Both the position numbers and the translations under genes were made by a program. DNA of 64,000 nucleotides from an uncultured Candidatus Saccharibacteria bacterium. GTDB taxonomy: Bacteria; Patescibacteriota; Saccharimonadia; Saccharimonadales; UBA4665. Of the stretch, positions 45,934 to 54,524 are shown one piece after another. How positions within the stretch are numbered: position 1 is the first letter of the stretch; every line of letters starts with the position of its first letter. The DNA is taken from contig CAYRQK010000001.1 in NCBI GenBank assembly GCA_964426605.1, positions 16,419 to 80,418 of the forward strand, given 5' to 3'. A model generated the notes under the pieces. It ran no database searches, was not told the DNA's origin, and worked only from the letters and a program-made list of their open reading frames with translations.

Positions 45934-47775
45934 TTATTCCTCGGCGGTGACGCGCAAAATTTCTTCGATAGTCGTTTCACCGCGCAATGCCTTAATAAAA
46001 CCGTCGATCTGCATTGTGAGCATACCCTCGGCGATGGCTGTTTCTTGGATTTTCTCACTGGTGGAGTTACTGACAATGAGTGTTTGGATCGGTTCGGAGT
46101 TGTGTAGCACCTCGTAGATACCGATTCGCCCCTTGTAACCAGTGTGATTGCAGGCGTTACAGCCCTCGGGATTCGCTCGGTATAGCGTCTGGATTTTGCT
46201 GGCGCTGGAGCCGAGATCTTTGATGGCTTTACCGATGTTGCCAGCCAGTGCCTGGGTCTCGAGTTGGTGGATTTTGGTCATAGTGTCGGCCTTGTCGATG
46301 CCAAAGTTCTTGGCGAGCTGGTGAGTCTCCGCCTCAGTCGGATTGTGTGCCTGGCGACAGGTGGTACATAGCCGGCGCACCAGACGTTGGCCGATAACGG
46401 CCCGCACCGTGCTGGCGATCAGGAACGGTTCGATGTTCATGTCGAGCAGTCGTGGCAAACACGTCGCGGCGTTGTTGGTGTGCAGGGTCGAGAACACCAG
46501 GTGTCCGGTGAGTGCTGCTTGGACGCCCAGCTCGGCAGTTTCGCCATCGCGAATTTCACCCACCATGATGATGTTAGGGTCTTGTCGCAGCAGGGCGCGC
46601 AGACCGCTGTCGAAGGTCATACCGGCAATAGGGTTGACCTGGGTCTGGTTGACGCCCGGTATGCGGTACTCCACCGGATCCTCGACGGTCGAGATGTTGA
46701 CGTTGGGCGAATTGAGGATGCTGAGCACACTAAATAGTGTCGTGGATTTGCCGGAGCCAGTGGGGCCTGTGACCAGTATCATGCCGTGTGGCTGGACGAT
46801 AGCGTGCTCAACGGTCTCTTTGGCCGAACCCCAGAAGCCCAGTTCTTCGAGGCTGGCAGCCTTGGACGACTCGTTGAGGATACGCATAACCACCTTCTCG
46901 CCGTCGACAATTGGCAGGGTCGAGACACGTAGGGCGTAGACGTTGCCCCCAACTTGGACTTTGAAACGGCCGTCTTGTGGTGCACGGTGTTCGTCAATCT
47001 TGAGGTTGCTGAGGATTTTGATACGACTGACGAGTGCGCCAAGCGTTTTACGTGGTAACTTATTGGCTTCGTGTAGCAGGCCATCGATGCGGTAGCGGAC
47101 AATGACGTAGCCTTCGCGTGGCTCAATGTGGATATCGCTGGCGCCGGCCTTGACACCGTATTCGATGATTAGGTTCACACTTTGGGCGATTGGTGAATCC
47201 TCGGCTAGGTCATCCTCGCTAACTTCATCGACCTCCTCGGCTGTGTCGCCACTGGTTATAACCTCGGTGATTTCATTACTGATATTGTCGCCACGGTACT
47301 GATCGAGTGCGGCCTGTAACAGTGTAGAGGTAGTGATATAAATGCGGATGTCGTCGCCAAGCTGTTTGTGTAAGAAGTTGAGTGCCTGAATGTCGTCAGG
47401 ATCTTCCATGGCAACCAGCTTGACGTCTTGCTTGTCGACGTCAAATACCACGGCGTGATACTGCCGGGCGATGCGCTCGGGCAGCGCCTTCAAAATGTCC
47501 CTTTTGATGTCACGGGCTACCAGTTCGACGAGTGGCACCTCAATCTCGTCGGCGTAGAGCTTGGTCAGATCTTTCTCGCTAACCAAATTCTCTTTAATGG
47601 CCAAATCTTGCAGTGGTTTTTTCTCAGTAGCTTCGCGAGCTCGCAAAGCGTCGATCTGTTCACCAGTTGCTTTGCTGCTTTTTTTGAGTAGTTTTTCGAC
47701 CAAAGAATCCGGTATGCGCACGGTAACACTCTCCACCAGTGACTTTTGTATGCTAACCCTAGAGGCTGGCACCAT
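45934..47775 (-). CDS. pilB: type IV pilus assembly ATPase PilB (GspE family)
   Basis: Walker A GPTGSGKSTT; Asp and His boxes; a tetracysteine motif (CTTC...CNAC); and an N-terminal T2SSE_N-like domain. Confidence 0.95.
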   Translation of the reverse strand: MVPASRVSIQKSLVESVTVRIPDSLVEKLLKKSSKATGEQIDALRAREATEKKPLQDLAIKENLVSEKDLTKLYADEIEVPLVELVARDIKRDILKALPERIARQYHAVVFDVDKQDVKLVAMEDPDDIQALNFLHKQLGDDIRIYITTSTLLQAALDQYRGDNISNEITEVITSGDTAEEVDEVSEDDLAEDSPIAQSVNLIIEYGVKAGASDIHIEPREGYVIVRYRIDGLLHEANKLPRKTLGALVSRIKILSNLKIDEHRAPQDGRFKVQVGGNVYALRVSTLPIVDGEKVVMRILNESSKAASLEELGFWGSAKETVEHAIVQPHGMILVTGPTGSGKSTTLFSVLSILNSPNVNISTVEDPVEYRIPGVNQTQVNPIAGMTFDSGLRALLRQDPNIIMVGEIRDGETAELGVQAALTGHLVFSTLHTNNAATCLPRLLDMNIEPFLIASTVRAVIGQRLVRRLCTTCRQAHNPTEAETHQLAKNFGIDKADTMTKIHQLETQALAGNIGKAIKDLGSSASKIQTLYRANPEGCNACNHTGYKGRIGIYEVLHNSEPIQTLIVSNSTSEKIQETAIAEGMLTMQIDGFIKALRGETTIEEILRVTAEE

Positions 47776-47849
47776 TCACATCTTCTGACCTTATTCTAGC
47801 AATCATTGCAAAAAAGCAGAAGCGTTTTTATCTCCCACCGTCATTATCC

Positions 47850-47876
47850 CTATCTAGAGGTCGGACCTCTAGATAG
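47850..47876. repeat. REP-like palindrome upstream of the RAYT gene
   Basis: CTATCTAGAGGTC-G-GACCTCTAGATAG, with perfect 13-nt arms. Confidence 0.85.
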
Positions 47877-47904
47877 ATTTTTGCCACTGCGCTACACTGG
47901 AATT

Positions 47905-48528
47905 ATGCCCAGTCGTAACGTGCGTAAAACAGATGTAGCCGAGAGTTATTATCACGTGTATGCTCGCGGCATTAGCCGTCAGCGGATCTTTCGAGAACCA
48001 GCCGATTTTGTGAAATTCTTGCGCTTGTTCGGGCGTTATCTGTCGCTACGGGAGACCAAGAGTGCCGCCGGCGTATCGTTCCCTAATTATTACAATAAAC
48101 TCGAGCTGACCTGTTTTTGTTTGATGCCCAATCACTTTCATTTGCTGATTTACCAGCGCCAACAGGGCGCAATGACAGAGTTTATGCGAGGCCTACTGAC
48201 GAGCTATAGTATGTATTTCAATAAGAAGTACAAGCGCAGCGGACCACTGTTTGAGTCGCGCTACAAGGCATCGCTGATATCTGACGACACTTATTTGGAG
48301 CACATCACGCGCTATATTCACCTCAATCCGCGGCTGTGGCGGAACTATGAGTACTCCAGTCTGCCGTATTATTTGCATCAAATTTCGGATGAGTGGGTTC
48401 GGCCCGAACGTATCATTTCACAGTTTCCGACACCCGCCGAGTATCTACAATTTGTCCAAGACTACGTGCAGCGTAAGGAGATGTTGGATATCTTAAAACA
48501 TGAGTTAGCAGACTCCGCAACGAGCTAA
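47905..48528 (+). CDS. REP-associated tyrosine transposase (RAYT; IS200/IS605-like HUH Y1 transposase)
   Basis: YYHVYARGISRQRIF N-terminus, HUH motif MPNHFHLLIY, and catalytic Tyr region ITRYIHLNP. Palindromes flank the gene on both sides. The ATG at 47905 lies 6 nt after TACACT. Confidence 0.85.
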   Translation: MPSRNVRKTDVAESYYHVYARGISRQRIFREPADFVKFLRLFGRYLSLRETKSAAGVSFPNYYNKLELTCFCLMPNHFHLLIYQRQQGAMTEFMRGLLTSYSMYFNKKYKRSGPLFESRYKASLISDDTYLEHITRYIHLNPRLWRNYEYSSLPYYLHQISDEWVRPERIISQFPTPAEYLQFVQDYVQRKEMLDILKHELADSATS

Positions 48529-48536
48529 AATGTCAT

Positions 48537-48555
48537 CTAGAGGTCGGACCTCTAG
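48537..48555. repeat. REP-like palindrome downstream of the RAYT gene
   Basis: CTAGAGGTC-G-GACCTCTAG, 8 nt after the RAYT stop, followed by GTAGC. Confidence 0.85.
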
Positions 48556-48653
48556 GTAGCATTTTGAGTTTGCATTGGATGGTGGTGCGGTATATACCAG
48601 GAGTACAAGCTAACGGTTAATCAACGACCTACGTCGTATAAGGAGAATGAACT

Positions 48654-49697
48654 ATGGCTGCAAAGAAGGAAGAAAAGACAATGGCGGACGTGTCCGCGGT
48701 TGATGGAAAAAGTAAAGCACTAGGATTAGCACTGGAGAGTATCGAGAAGCAGTATGGCAAAGGTTCCATCATGAAGTTGGGTGAGTCGACCCACGCCAAT
48801 GTCGAGACGATCCCAACCGGTGCTGTTTCGCTCGATCTGGCGCTCGGTGGCGGTATCCCGAGAGGTCGCGTGGTAGAAATCTATGGCCCGGAAAGTTCTG
48901 GTAAAACGACCCTGACCCTGCACATCATTGCCGAATGCCAGAAGCGTGGTGGCACAGCGGCATTTATCGATGCCGAGCATGCGCTGGACCCGTCGTACGC
49001 TAAGCGTATCGGGGTGGATACCGAAAACCTGTTGCTGAGCCAGCCGGACAACGGCGAGCAGGCATTGGAGATCACCGAGACGTTGGTGCGCTCTAATGCG
49101 GTTGATGTCATCGTGGTCGACTCGGTGGCGGCACTGGTGCCACGAGCTGAGATCGAGGGTGATATGGGTGACAGCTTACCTGGTTTGCAAGCTCGTCTTA
49201 TGAGTCAGGCACTGCGCAAATTGACTGGTGTGATCTCGCGATCCAAGGCCACGGTTATATTTATTAACCAGATTCGTATGAAGATTGGCGTCATGTTCGG
49301 TAATCCTGAAACGACAACTGGCGGTAATGCATTGAAGTTTTACGCCTCGGTACGCTGTGATATCCGTCGTATTGGCCAAATCAAACAAGGTGAAGATGTT
49401 ATCGGCAACCGTACTCGCGTGAAGGTCGTCAAGAACAAGATTGCGCCGCCGTTCCGCCAGGCTGAGTTCGACATCATGTACAACGAAGGTATCAGTAAAT
49501 CCGGCGACATTCTAGACTTGGCCGTAGAGCGCAACATTGTCGATAAATCTGGCGCCTGGTTTGCCTACAACGATGCCAAAATTGGCCAGGGTCGCGAAGC
49601 CGCCAAGACCTACTTGCAGGAAAATCCCAAAGTCATGGCTGAGATTGCCAAGAAGGTCACGACTGAAGCGACCGCTGAAGCTGCTGCCAAGGAATAG
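48654..49697 (+). CDS. recA: recombinase RecA
   Basis: Walker [10 protein letters not shown], and [10 protein letters not shown]. An AAGGAG SD lies upstream. Confidence 0.99.
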   Translation: MAAKKEEKTMADVSAVDGKSKALGLALESIEKQYGKGSIMKLGESTHANVETIPTGAVSLDLALGGGIPRGRVVEIYGPESSGKTTLTLHIIAECQKRGGTAAFIDAEHALDPSYAKRIGVDTENLLLSQPDNGEQALEITETLVRSNAVDVIVVDSVAALVPRAEIEGDMGDSLPGLQARLMSQALRKLTGVISRSKATVIFINQIRMKIGVMFGNPETTTGGNALKFYASVRCDIRRIGQIKQGEDVIGNRTRVKVVKNKIAPPFRQAEFDIMYNEGISKSGDILDLAVERNIVDKSGAWFAYNDAKIGQGREAAKTYLQENPKVMAEIAKKVTTEATAEAAAKE

Positions 49698-49699
49698 CC

Positions 49700-50101
49700 G
49701 TGAGCGAACAATTCTCCATACAGCCGGCGTTACCCTTTAAGGTTGACGAAGATTTGCACTGGTTTAATACGGAGCTTGTTATGCGCCGAGGACTCTTGGG
49801 TAAACGGGCTGTTTCTCGCCTCATCCCGGACCCGAGTACTCCCTCTGGTTTGTCGGAAACGATTGTGAAGATTTCTGAAATCGATAAACTGACCGATCAA
49901 AATTTGCGGTATGCCTTGCGGTATGCGGATGCCGCCAGGACCATTGGGTTATATGTGAGGATACATGCAACCGACCAGAACTTCAGCAGTCGTCTGGTCG
50001 AGGCCGTGTATTTCCCTTTTGCTTCCAGCAGGGACGTCGAGGGCCGTGACAGTTTTACACAGGAGTTACATCGGACTCCCGAGTACGATGAAGATTACTA
50101 A
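49700..50101 (+). CDS. hypothetical protein inserted between recA and recX
   Basis: 133 aa. The GTG start lies 6 nt after AAGGAA. The ORF begins 2 nt after the recA stop and overlaps the recX start by 14 nt. Confidence 0.45.
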   Translation: MSEQFSIQPALPFKVDEDLHWFNTELVMRRGLLGKRAVSRLIPDPSTPSGLSETIVKISEIDKLTDQNLRYALRYADAARTIGLYVRIHATDQNFSSRLVEAVYFPFASSRDVEGRDSFTQELHRTPEYDEDY

Positions 50102-50693
50102 GATCGTTCAGCAGCAGAAACGCGTCAATCGTTATTCGGTTTTTGTTGACGAGACGTACTCGTTTAGTTTGAGTGAGACAGCGCTGCTAGAAAGCGGGCT
50201 TGCCAGTGGGCAAGAACTGACACAGGAGCAGGTTGATGACTACAAAAAGCTCTCGAGCGACGACAAGTTGTATAACCGCGCGCTCAATTATGTTGCACTC
50301 AGGCCGCGCAGTGTGTGGGAGATAGAGTTCTACCTAAAACGTAAAGACTCCCCTGCACCACTTATCGAACAAATTACGAACAAACTGTTAGCGTTAGGAT
50401 TACTCAATGATCTTAAGTTTGCTGAGATGTTCGTGCATGACCGGCGGCTCCTCCGCTCTGCTTCGACTCGAAAAATCAAGTTAGAACTTCAAAAGAAACA
50501 TATTGCAAGCGATGTCATAGAGCAGGTGCTGGCCGAAGATGATACCGACGAGCGGGCAATGCTGGCAGACATTGTTGCCAAGAAGCGCCAGCAGACCAAG
50601 TTCAAAACCGACGACTTAAAGCTCATGCAATACCTGGCCCGCCAAGGCTTCAGTTACGGCGATATTAAAGATGCGCTGGCGCAAACCGATTAG
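50088..50693 (+). CDS. recX: recombination regulator RecX
   Basis: The ATG at 50088 gives MKITKIVQQQKRVNRYSVFVD..., with three-helix repeats typical of RecX. The track start at 49965 is rejected. Confidence 0.8.
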   Translation: MKITKIVQQQKRVNRYSVFVDETYSFSLSETALLESGLASGQELTQEQVDDYKKLSSDDKLYNRALNYVALRPRSVWEIEFYLKRKDSPAPLIEQITNKLLALGLLNDLKFAEMFVHDRRLLRSASTRKIKLELQKKHIASDVIEQVLAEDDTDERAMLADIVAKKRQQTKFKTDDLKLMQYLARQGFSYGDIKDALAQTD

Positions 50694-50905
50694 TGCGCGC
50701 CAGTGAGCGATACCGATGTGTCGCCATTACTCCAGGCTTCGGTGGCTGCCGCCACGCTGTTGTCGGTGTTGTAGATAGACTGTACCGAGCCTAGTGCTTT
50801 ACTAGTTAGCTGTAGCAGTGCGAATGTATAGCCCCCTGCCAGTACTGCCAAAATAACCAAAACTTTCATGAGTCTATGTATAACAGTGCGCTGACTGAGG
50901 AGCAA
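50690..50905 (-). CDS. small hypothetical secreted/membrane protein
   Basis: 71 aa, or 59 aa from MKVLVILAVLAGG at 50869. Has a signal-like hydrophobic N-terminus. Confidence 0.35.
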   Translation of the reverse strand: MLLSQRTVIHRLMKVLVILAVLAGGYTFALLQLTSKALGSVQSIYNTDNSVAAATEAWSNGDTSVSLTGAH

Positions 50906-50923
50906 GCATAGGCAGTACTAGGT

Positions 50924-51439
50924 TTACGCGATGCCAGCGGCGGCGGCTGGTGCACGCTTCATGAGCTCAGTGATGATGATGCGCCGTGGCGTGATCTCTT
51001 GAATTTGCGAGCGGTCGATACTGAGGCTTCCGCCGGTAAAATTCTTGAATATAGATTGCGAAGCATAAATCTTTTGGATAGTCATGCTGCCTGTTTCGAC
51101 CGCGAAATTGCTGACTTTACCAACTTTTTGCTTGGATAGCGTTTCGACTTGCTTGCCGATGAGTTCGAAGCGCAAACCCATAATATCTTTGAGTCGCACG
51201 AGCTCACTGGCCTCGACGAGTCGTTCGTGGTCATCGATAACGAAGCCTTCGCGCAAGTTTTCGCGGATGTCTTGCACGAGTAATACTAACTCTTTTTTCT
51301 CGAGACGATCTTGGCAATAGAAGCCCTCGATTTTGAGGTTATTGGGATTGATGATTGGAGCGACAGCCGTCGCCACCGGCCCACCAGTGCGCAGGCTTAA
51401 AACTTGCCGATTGTGTAGAAATTCACTCAGTTGCAACAT
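50924..51439 (-). CDS. PRC-barrel domain protein (two repeats)
   Basis: MLQLSEFLHNRQVLSLRTGGPVA... resembles YlmC/PRC-barrel. TATAAT (51452..51447) lies 7 nt upstream of the second ATG at 51439. The first ATG at 51448 overlaps the -10. Confidence 0.5.
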   Translation of the reverse strand: MLQLSEFLHNRQVLSLRTGGPVATAVAPIINPNNLKIEGFYCQDRLEKKELVLLVQDIRENLREGFVIDDHERLVEASELVRLKDIMGLRFELIGKQVETLSKQKVGKVSNFAVETGSMTIQKIYASQSIFKNFTGGSLSIDRSQIQEITPRRIIITELMKRAPAAAAGIA

Positions 51440-51542
51440 GGATACCATTATAGCTCGTGACTCCTAAACATACGATACTGTTGTGAAATGAACGTGCTGC
51501 TGCTTGCATCTGTTGTTGGTCGCCCGCTATAGTCAAAAACCA

Positions 51543-52955
51543 ATGAGGCGTAACAACGTATTGCGATGGGCGATGCTACTGGTAACCGCACTGAGCTTGG
51601 CGGTACCAATGCAGGCTGTGGCGGCTAGCGCCCCGACCATGGCCGCAGCAAACGGTTTGTCGATACTTGAACTCAAAGTGACTGGTGACGAGTTCGTGGT
51701 ACTGCAAAACAATTCTGGTGCCGATATTACAGATTTGGGGAACTATGCGCTCTATTACTTTAATAGTTTTAGCCCGCTGGGCGGCGGCGTGAGTAGTTCT
51801 CTGTTCTTTTTGCCAGCTACCACATTGCCTGCGGGCGAGTCGTTGGTGCTGAGCAGCAAGCCGCGCGCCACATGTGGGGCGGCAGTGGCGGGTAATTTAG
51901 GCGTAAGCCTGGGTGATAGTAGCGGCTTTTTGGAAATTGTGCACCTCAACCAGAACCCTGACGGCACTATTACGCAAACAGCTGGCGACATGGTGTCGTG
52001 GGACAGCAAGGCGAATGGCGTTATCCAAAACGTGCCAACTTCCACGAAAGACCCGGCGGCTATGTGGTACCGCTATGACGACGGCACGCCGTATGGGGCG
52101 TGGCAGTATGCGGATGTAAATACTGCTGACGCCTGCCAACTGACGGCAATCATTGGCGACAGCACGGGTATAGTGAACGCGCCGGCCGACGGTCAATTGC
52201 AGAGTTCAGATGGCGATGTAGTGCCTGGCACAATCGTATCACTTGCCGCCACGACTGGCTCGATCGGTCCGTACCTGCCGGCGACCGATACGGGGCTCAA
52301 GGCACCAAAACTGAGCGAGCTTTTGCCCGATCCGGTCTCGCCCGCCACCGATACGGCTGATGAATTTATCGAACTATACAATTCGAACGACCAAGCCTTC
52401 GATTTGAGCGGCTTTGCCCTGCAAATTGGCTCGACTACCTCTGGCGTTCGTCACAACTACGTCTTTCCTTCGGGTACGACCATTGGCGCCAAGGGCTTCA
52501 AGGCATTTTATTCCAGCCAAACGCATCTCAGTCTGAGTAACACCGGTGGTCAGGCTTGGTTACTCGACCCATTTGGTACTGCCATCGCTCAGTCTGACCC
52601 GTACAGTAAGCCTAAAGGTGGTGTATCTTGGGCGACGGCTGACGGCAAATGGTACTACACTACGACGCCAACACCTGGGACGGCCAATAGTGTGAGGGTA
52701 CCAGCATCACCTGCCGCTAAAACTGCTAGCGGCACTGCCAAGACTAGTCAGGGCACGCCGGTGAGTGTTATCGGTGCGGGTTCGGGCGTGGCTGGTACCA
52801 GCACGACTGCTGCGGTGGAGCCGACGACGCCCATTCATCCGCTTACGCTTGCGGCGGTCGTTGGCCTCGCGCTACTATACGGGAGTTATGAATACCGACA
52901 CGACCTGGCAAACAAACTCAACAAGCTCCGACGAAACCGAAGCGATCGGCCGTGA
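51543..52955 (+). CDS. secreted lamin-tail-domain (LTD) protein with C-terminal TM anchor
   Basis: Signal peptide MRRNNVLRWAMLLVTALSLAVPMQAVA. Two LTD-like modules (ILELKVTGDEFVVLQNNS and LSELLPDPVSPATDTADEFIELYNSN). A C-terminal TM helix. Promoter: TTGCAT-18-TATAGT, with the ATG 9 nt after the -10. Confidence 0.65.
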   Translation: MRRNNVLRWAMLLVTALSLAVPMQAVAASAPTMAAANGLSILELKVTGDEFVVLQNNSGADITDLGNYALYYFNSFSPLGGGVSSSLFFLPATTLPAGESLVLSSKPRATCGAAVAGNLGVSLGDSSGFLEIVHLNQNPDGTITQTAGDMVSWDSKANGVIQNVPTSTKDPAAMWYRYDDGTPYGAWQYADVNTADACQLTAIIGDSTGIVNAPADGQLQSSDGDVVPGTIVSLAATTGSIGPYLPATDTGLKAPKLSELLPDPVSPATDTADEFIELYNSNDQAFDLSGFALQIGSTTSGVRHNYVFPSGTTIGAKGFKAFYSSQTHLSLSNTGGQAWLLDPFGTAIAQSDPYSKPKGGVSWATADGKWYYTTTPTPGTANSVRVPASPAAKTASGTAKTSQGTPVSVIGAGSGVAGTSTTAAVEPTTPIHPLTLAAVVGLALLYGSYEYRHDLANKLNKLRRNRSDRP

Positions 52956-53352
52956 TATTGGCGCACGACTTCGGGGTGGAGAGGTCATAGAGCTGGCGAG
53001 CGATCTTGGTGGTGGCAAAACGACTTTTGTTCGCGGCCTGGCGGCGGGCATGGGCAGTCACGATGCGGTTAGTAGCCCCAGCTTTACGATTTCGAGGGTG
53101 TACCAGGCGGGTGATCTGACGCTGCACCACTACGATTTTTATCGCCTGCCCGAGGCGGGCTTGATGGCTCAGGAACTCGCTGAGGTTATCGATGATCCGC
53201 AGAATGTGGTGGTTGTGGAGTGGGCCGGCGTGGTTGATGATGTATTGCCGGCCAAACGATTGACGATTGCCATTCAGGCAACTGGCGAGGACACCCGCAG
53301 CCTTGGGTTCTCGGGTCCAGCTGACTATGTCTATCTGGAAGGTGATCAATGA
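52888..53352 (+). CDS. tsaE: tRNA t6A37 biosynthesis ATPase TsaE
   Basis: SDETEAIGRDIGARLRGGEVIELASDLGGGKTTFVRGL. A GGGAG SD lies upstream. The gene overlaps the LTD gene's 3' end by 68 nt. Confidence 0.88.
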   Translation: MNTDTTWQTNSTSSDETEAIGRDIGARLRGGEVIELASDLGGGKTTFVRGLAAGMGSHDAVSSPSFTISRVYQAGDLTLHHYDFYRLPEAGLMAQELAEVIDDPQNVVVVEWAGVVDDVLPAKRLTIAIQATGEDTRSLGFSGPADYVYLEGDQ

Positions 53353-53744
53353 TGCTCATCCTCACTATCCGTACCGATAAGCCAGAGGCCGAACTTGGTT
53401 TGTTTGACAATGCCAGACAACTGGCCGGTATCTCATGGCAGGCGCATCGCCAGCTTGGCGAAACCATCCACCGAAAGATTGCCGAACTGCTCGAATCGCA
53501 ACATAAGACGTTACTCGATCTCGGGGGTGTCGTGGTTTTCCAGGGTCCTGGTAGCTTTACGGGCTTACGGATTGGTCTTAGTGTGGCCAATGCGCTGGCC
53601 GATGGCTATAGTCTGCCGATAGTAGGTACGATGGACGGCGATTGGATTTCTCGGGGCTGTACGCAACTTGCCAGCGGTGTAGACCAGCACGTCGTCATGC
53701 CCGAATACGGCGCACCGGTGCACATCACCACACCCAAAAAGTGA
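53349..53744 (+). CDS. tsaB: tRNA t6A37 biosynthesis protein TsaB (short, N-terminal domain only)
   Basis: FQGPGSFTGLRIGLSVANALA motif. 131 aa. A 4-nt overlap joins it to tsaE. Confidence 0.85.
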   Translation: MMLILTIRTDKPEAELGLFDNARQLAGISWQAHRQLGETIHRKIAELLESQHKTLLDLGGVVVFQGPGSFTGLRIGLSVANALADGYSLPIVGTMDGDWISRGCTQLASGVDQHVVMPEYGAPVHITTPKK

Positions 53745-53916
53745 CTTATCCACAGAAATCCTCAAAACTACCATAACCACTATTGCCGCCATATCTAAGG
53801 CCGCTCAGAACAAACCAGCGACATCCGACGCCCAGGGCAGTGATCCTTCAACCGCTCCACCCAGTACCATTAAGCCCAGTAGGGCGGCCGTTGAGAACTA
53901 TGCGGTCGGCCCCAAT

Positions 53917-54357
53917 ATGCCGCGTTACCTCAACATTCCCAAGCTGGGTGTACATGCACGCGTATTGTCACTGGGCATACTCAACAATGGGGCGCTGGCA
54001 ACTCCGCACAATGTCTTTGACGTGGGCTGGTACAACGAGAGCAGCTTACCGGGCCAACCGGGCGCCATGTTGTTCGATGGTCACGTGTCGAGCTGGACAA
54101 GCCACGGGGTGTTTTACGGCATCAAGAAGCTCGTCGGTGGTGATATTGTGCAAGTAGTGCGTGGCGACGGCACAACATTTAGCTATAAAGTCGTCAAAAG
54201 CCAGACATTTGACCACGACAATGTCGACATGAACTCGGCCATCAAGCCAGTTGATCCGACTAAGCCAGGACTCAACCTTATAACCTGCACTGGTGATGTC
54301 ATAAAGGGTACCAACGAATTCAACCAGCGCGTGCTTGTCTACACCGAACAGATGTAA
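53917..54357 (+). CDS. sortase paralog (class F-like) lacking a recognisable start/TM anchor; possibly 5'-truncated
   Basis: MLFDGHVSSW (His) and LNLITCTG (Cys). Sortase-homologous sequence (IKPSRAAVENYAVGPN) continues upstream in frame. That frame is open back to 53683 but has no ATG/GTG/TTG and no TM helix. Confidence 0.65.
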   Translation: MPRYLNIPKLGVHARVLSLGILNNGALATPHNVFDVGWYNESSLPGQPGAMLFDGHVSSWTSHGVFYGIKKLVGGDIVQVVRGDGTTFSYKVVKSQTFDHDNVDMNSAIKPVDPTKPGLNLITCTGDVIKGTNEFNQRVLVYTEQM

Positions 54358-54524
54358 TTGCACCCGGCAATTTTTCATCGTATAGTTGAGGATGGAATCA
54401 TCGTTCGAGAGACGAAATCCACTTAGATCAACTCCAAGAAAACTAATTCGATTTCAGATACCGCGGGCGCTAGAGAAGTGATAGCGATGTGCCGGGCGGG
54501 GTCTACAGACAGAAAGGAAACACC

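Noticed and set aside
52268-52290. Internal LPATDTG in the LTD protein as a sortase signal.
   Set aside because: It lies mid-protein and is not followed by a hydrophobic helix and basic tail. The actual C-terminus has a TM helix but no LPxTG-like motif.
53731-53746. Possible programmed frameshift fusing tsaB to the downstream sortase frame at CCC AAA AAG TGA.
   Set aside because: The sortase frame is +1 relative to tsaB, whereas an A-rich slippery run would favour -1. The heptamer is C AAA AAG, not A AAA AAG. A TsaB-sortase fusion also makes no biological sense.
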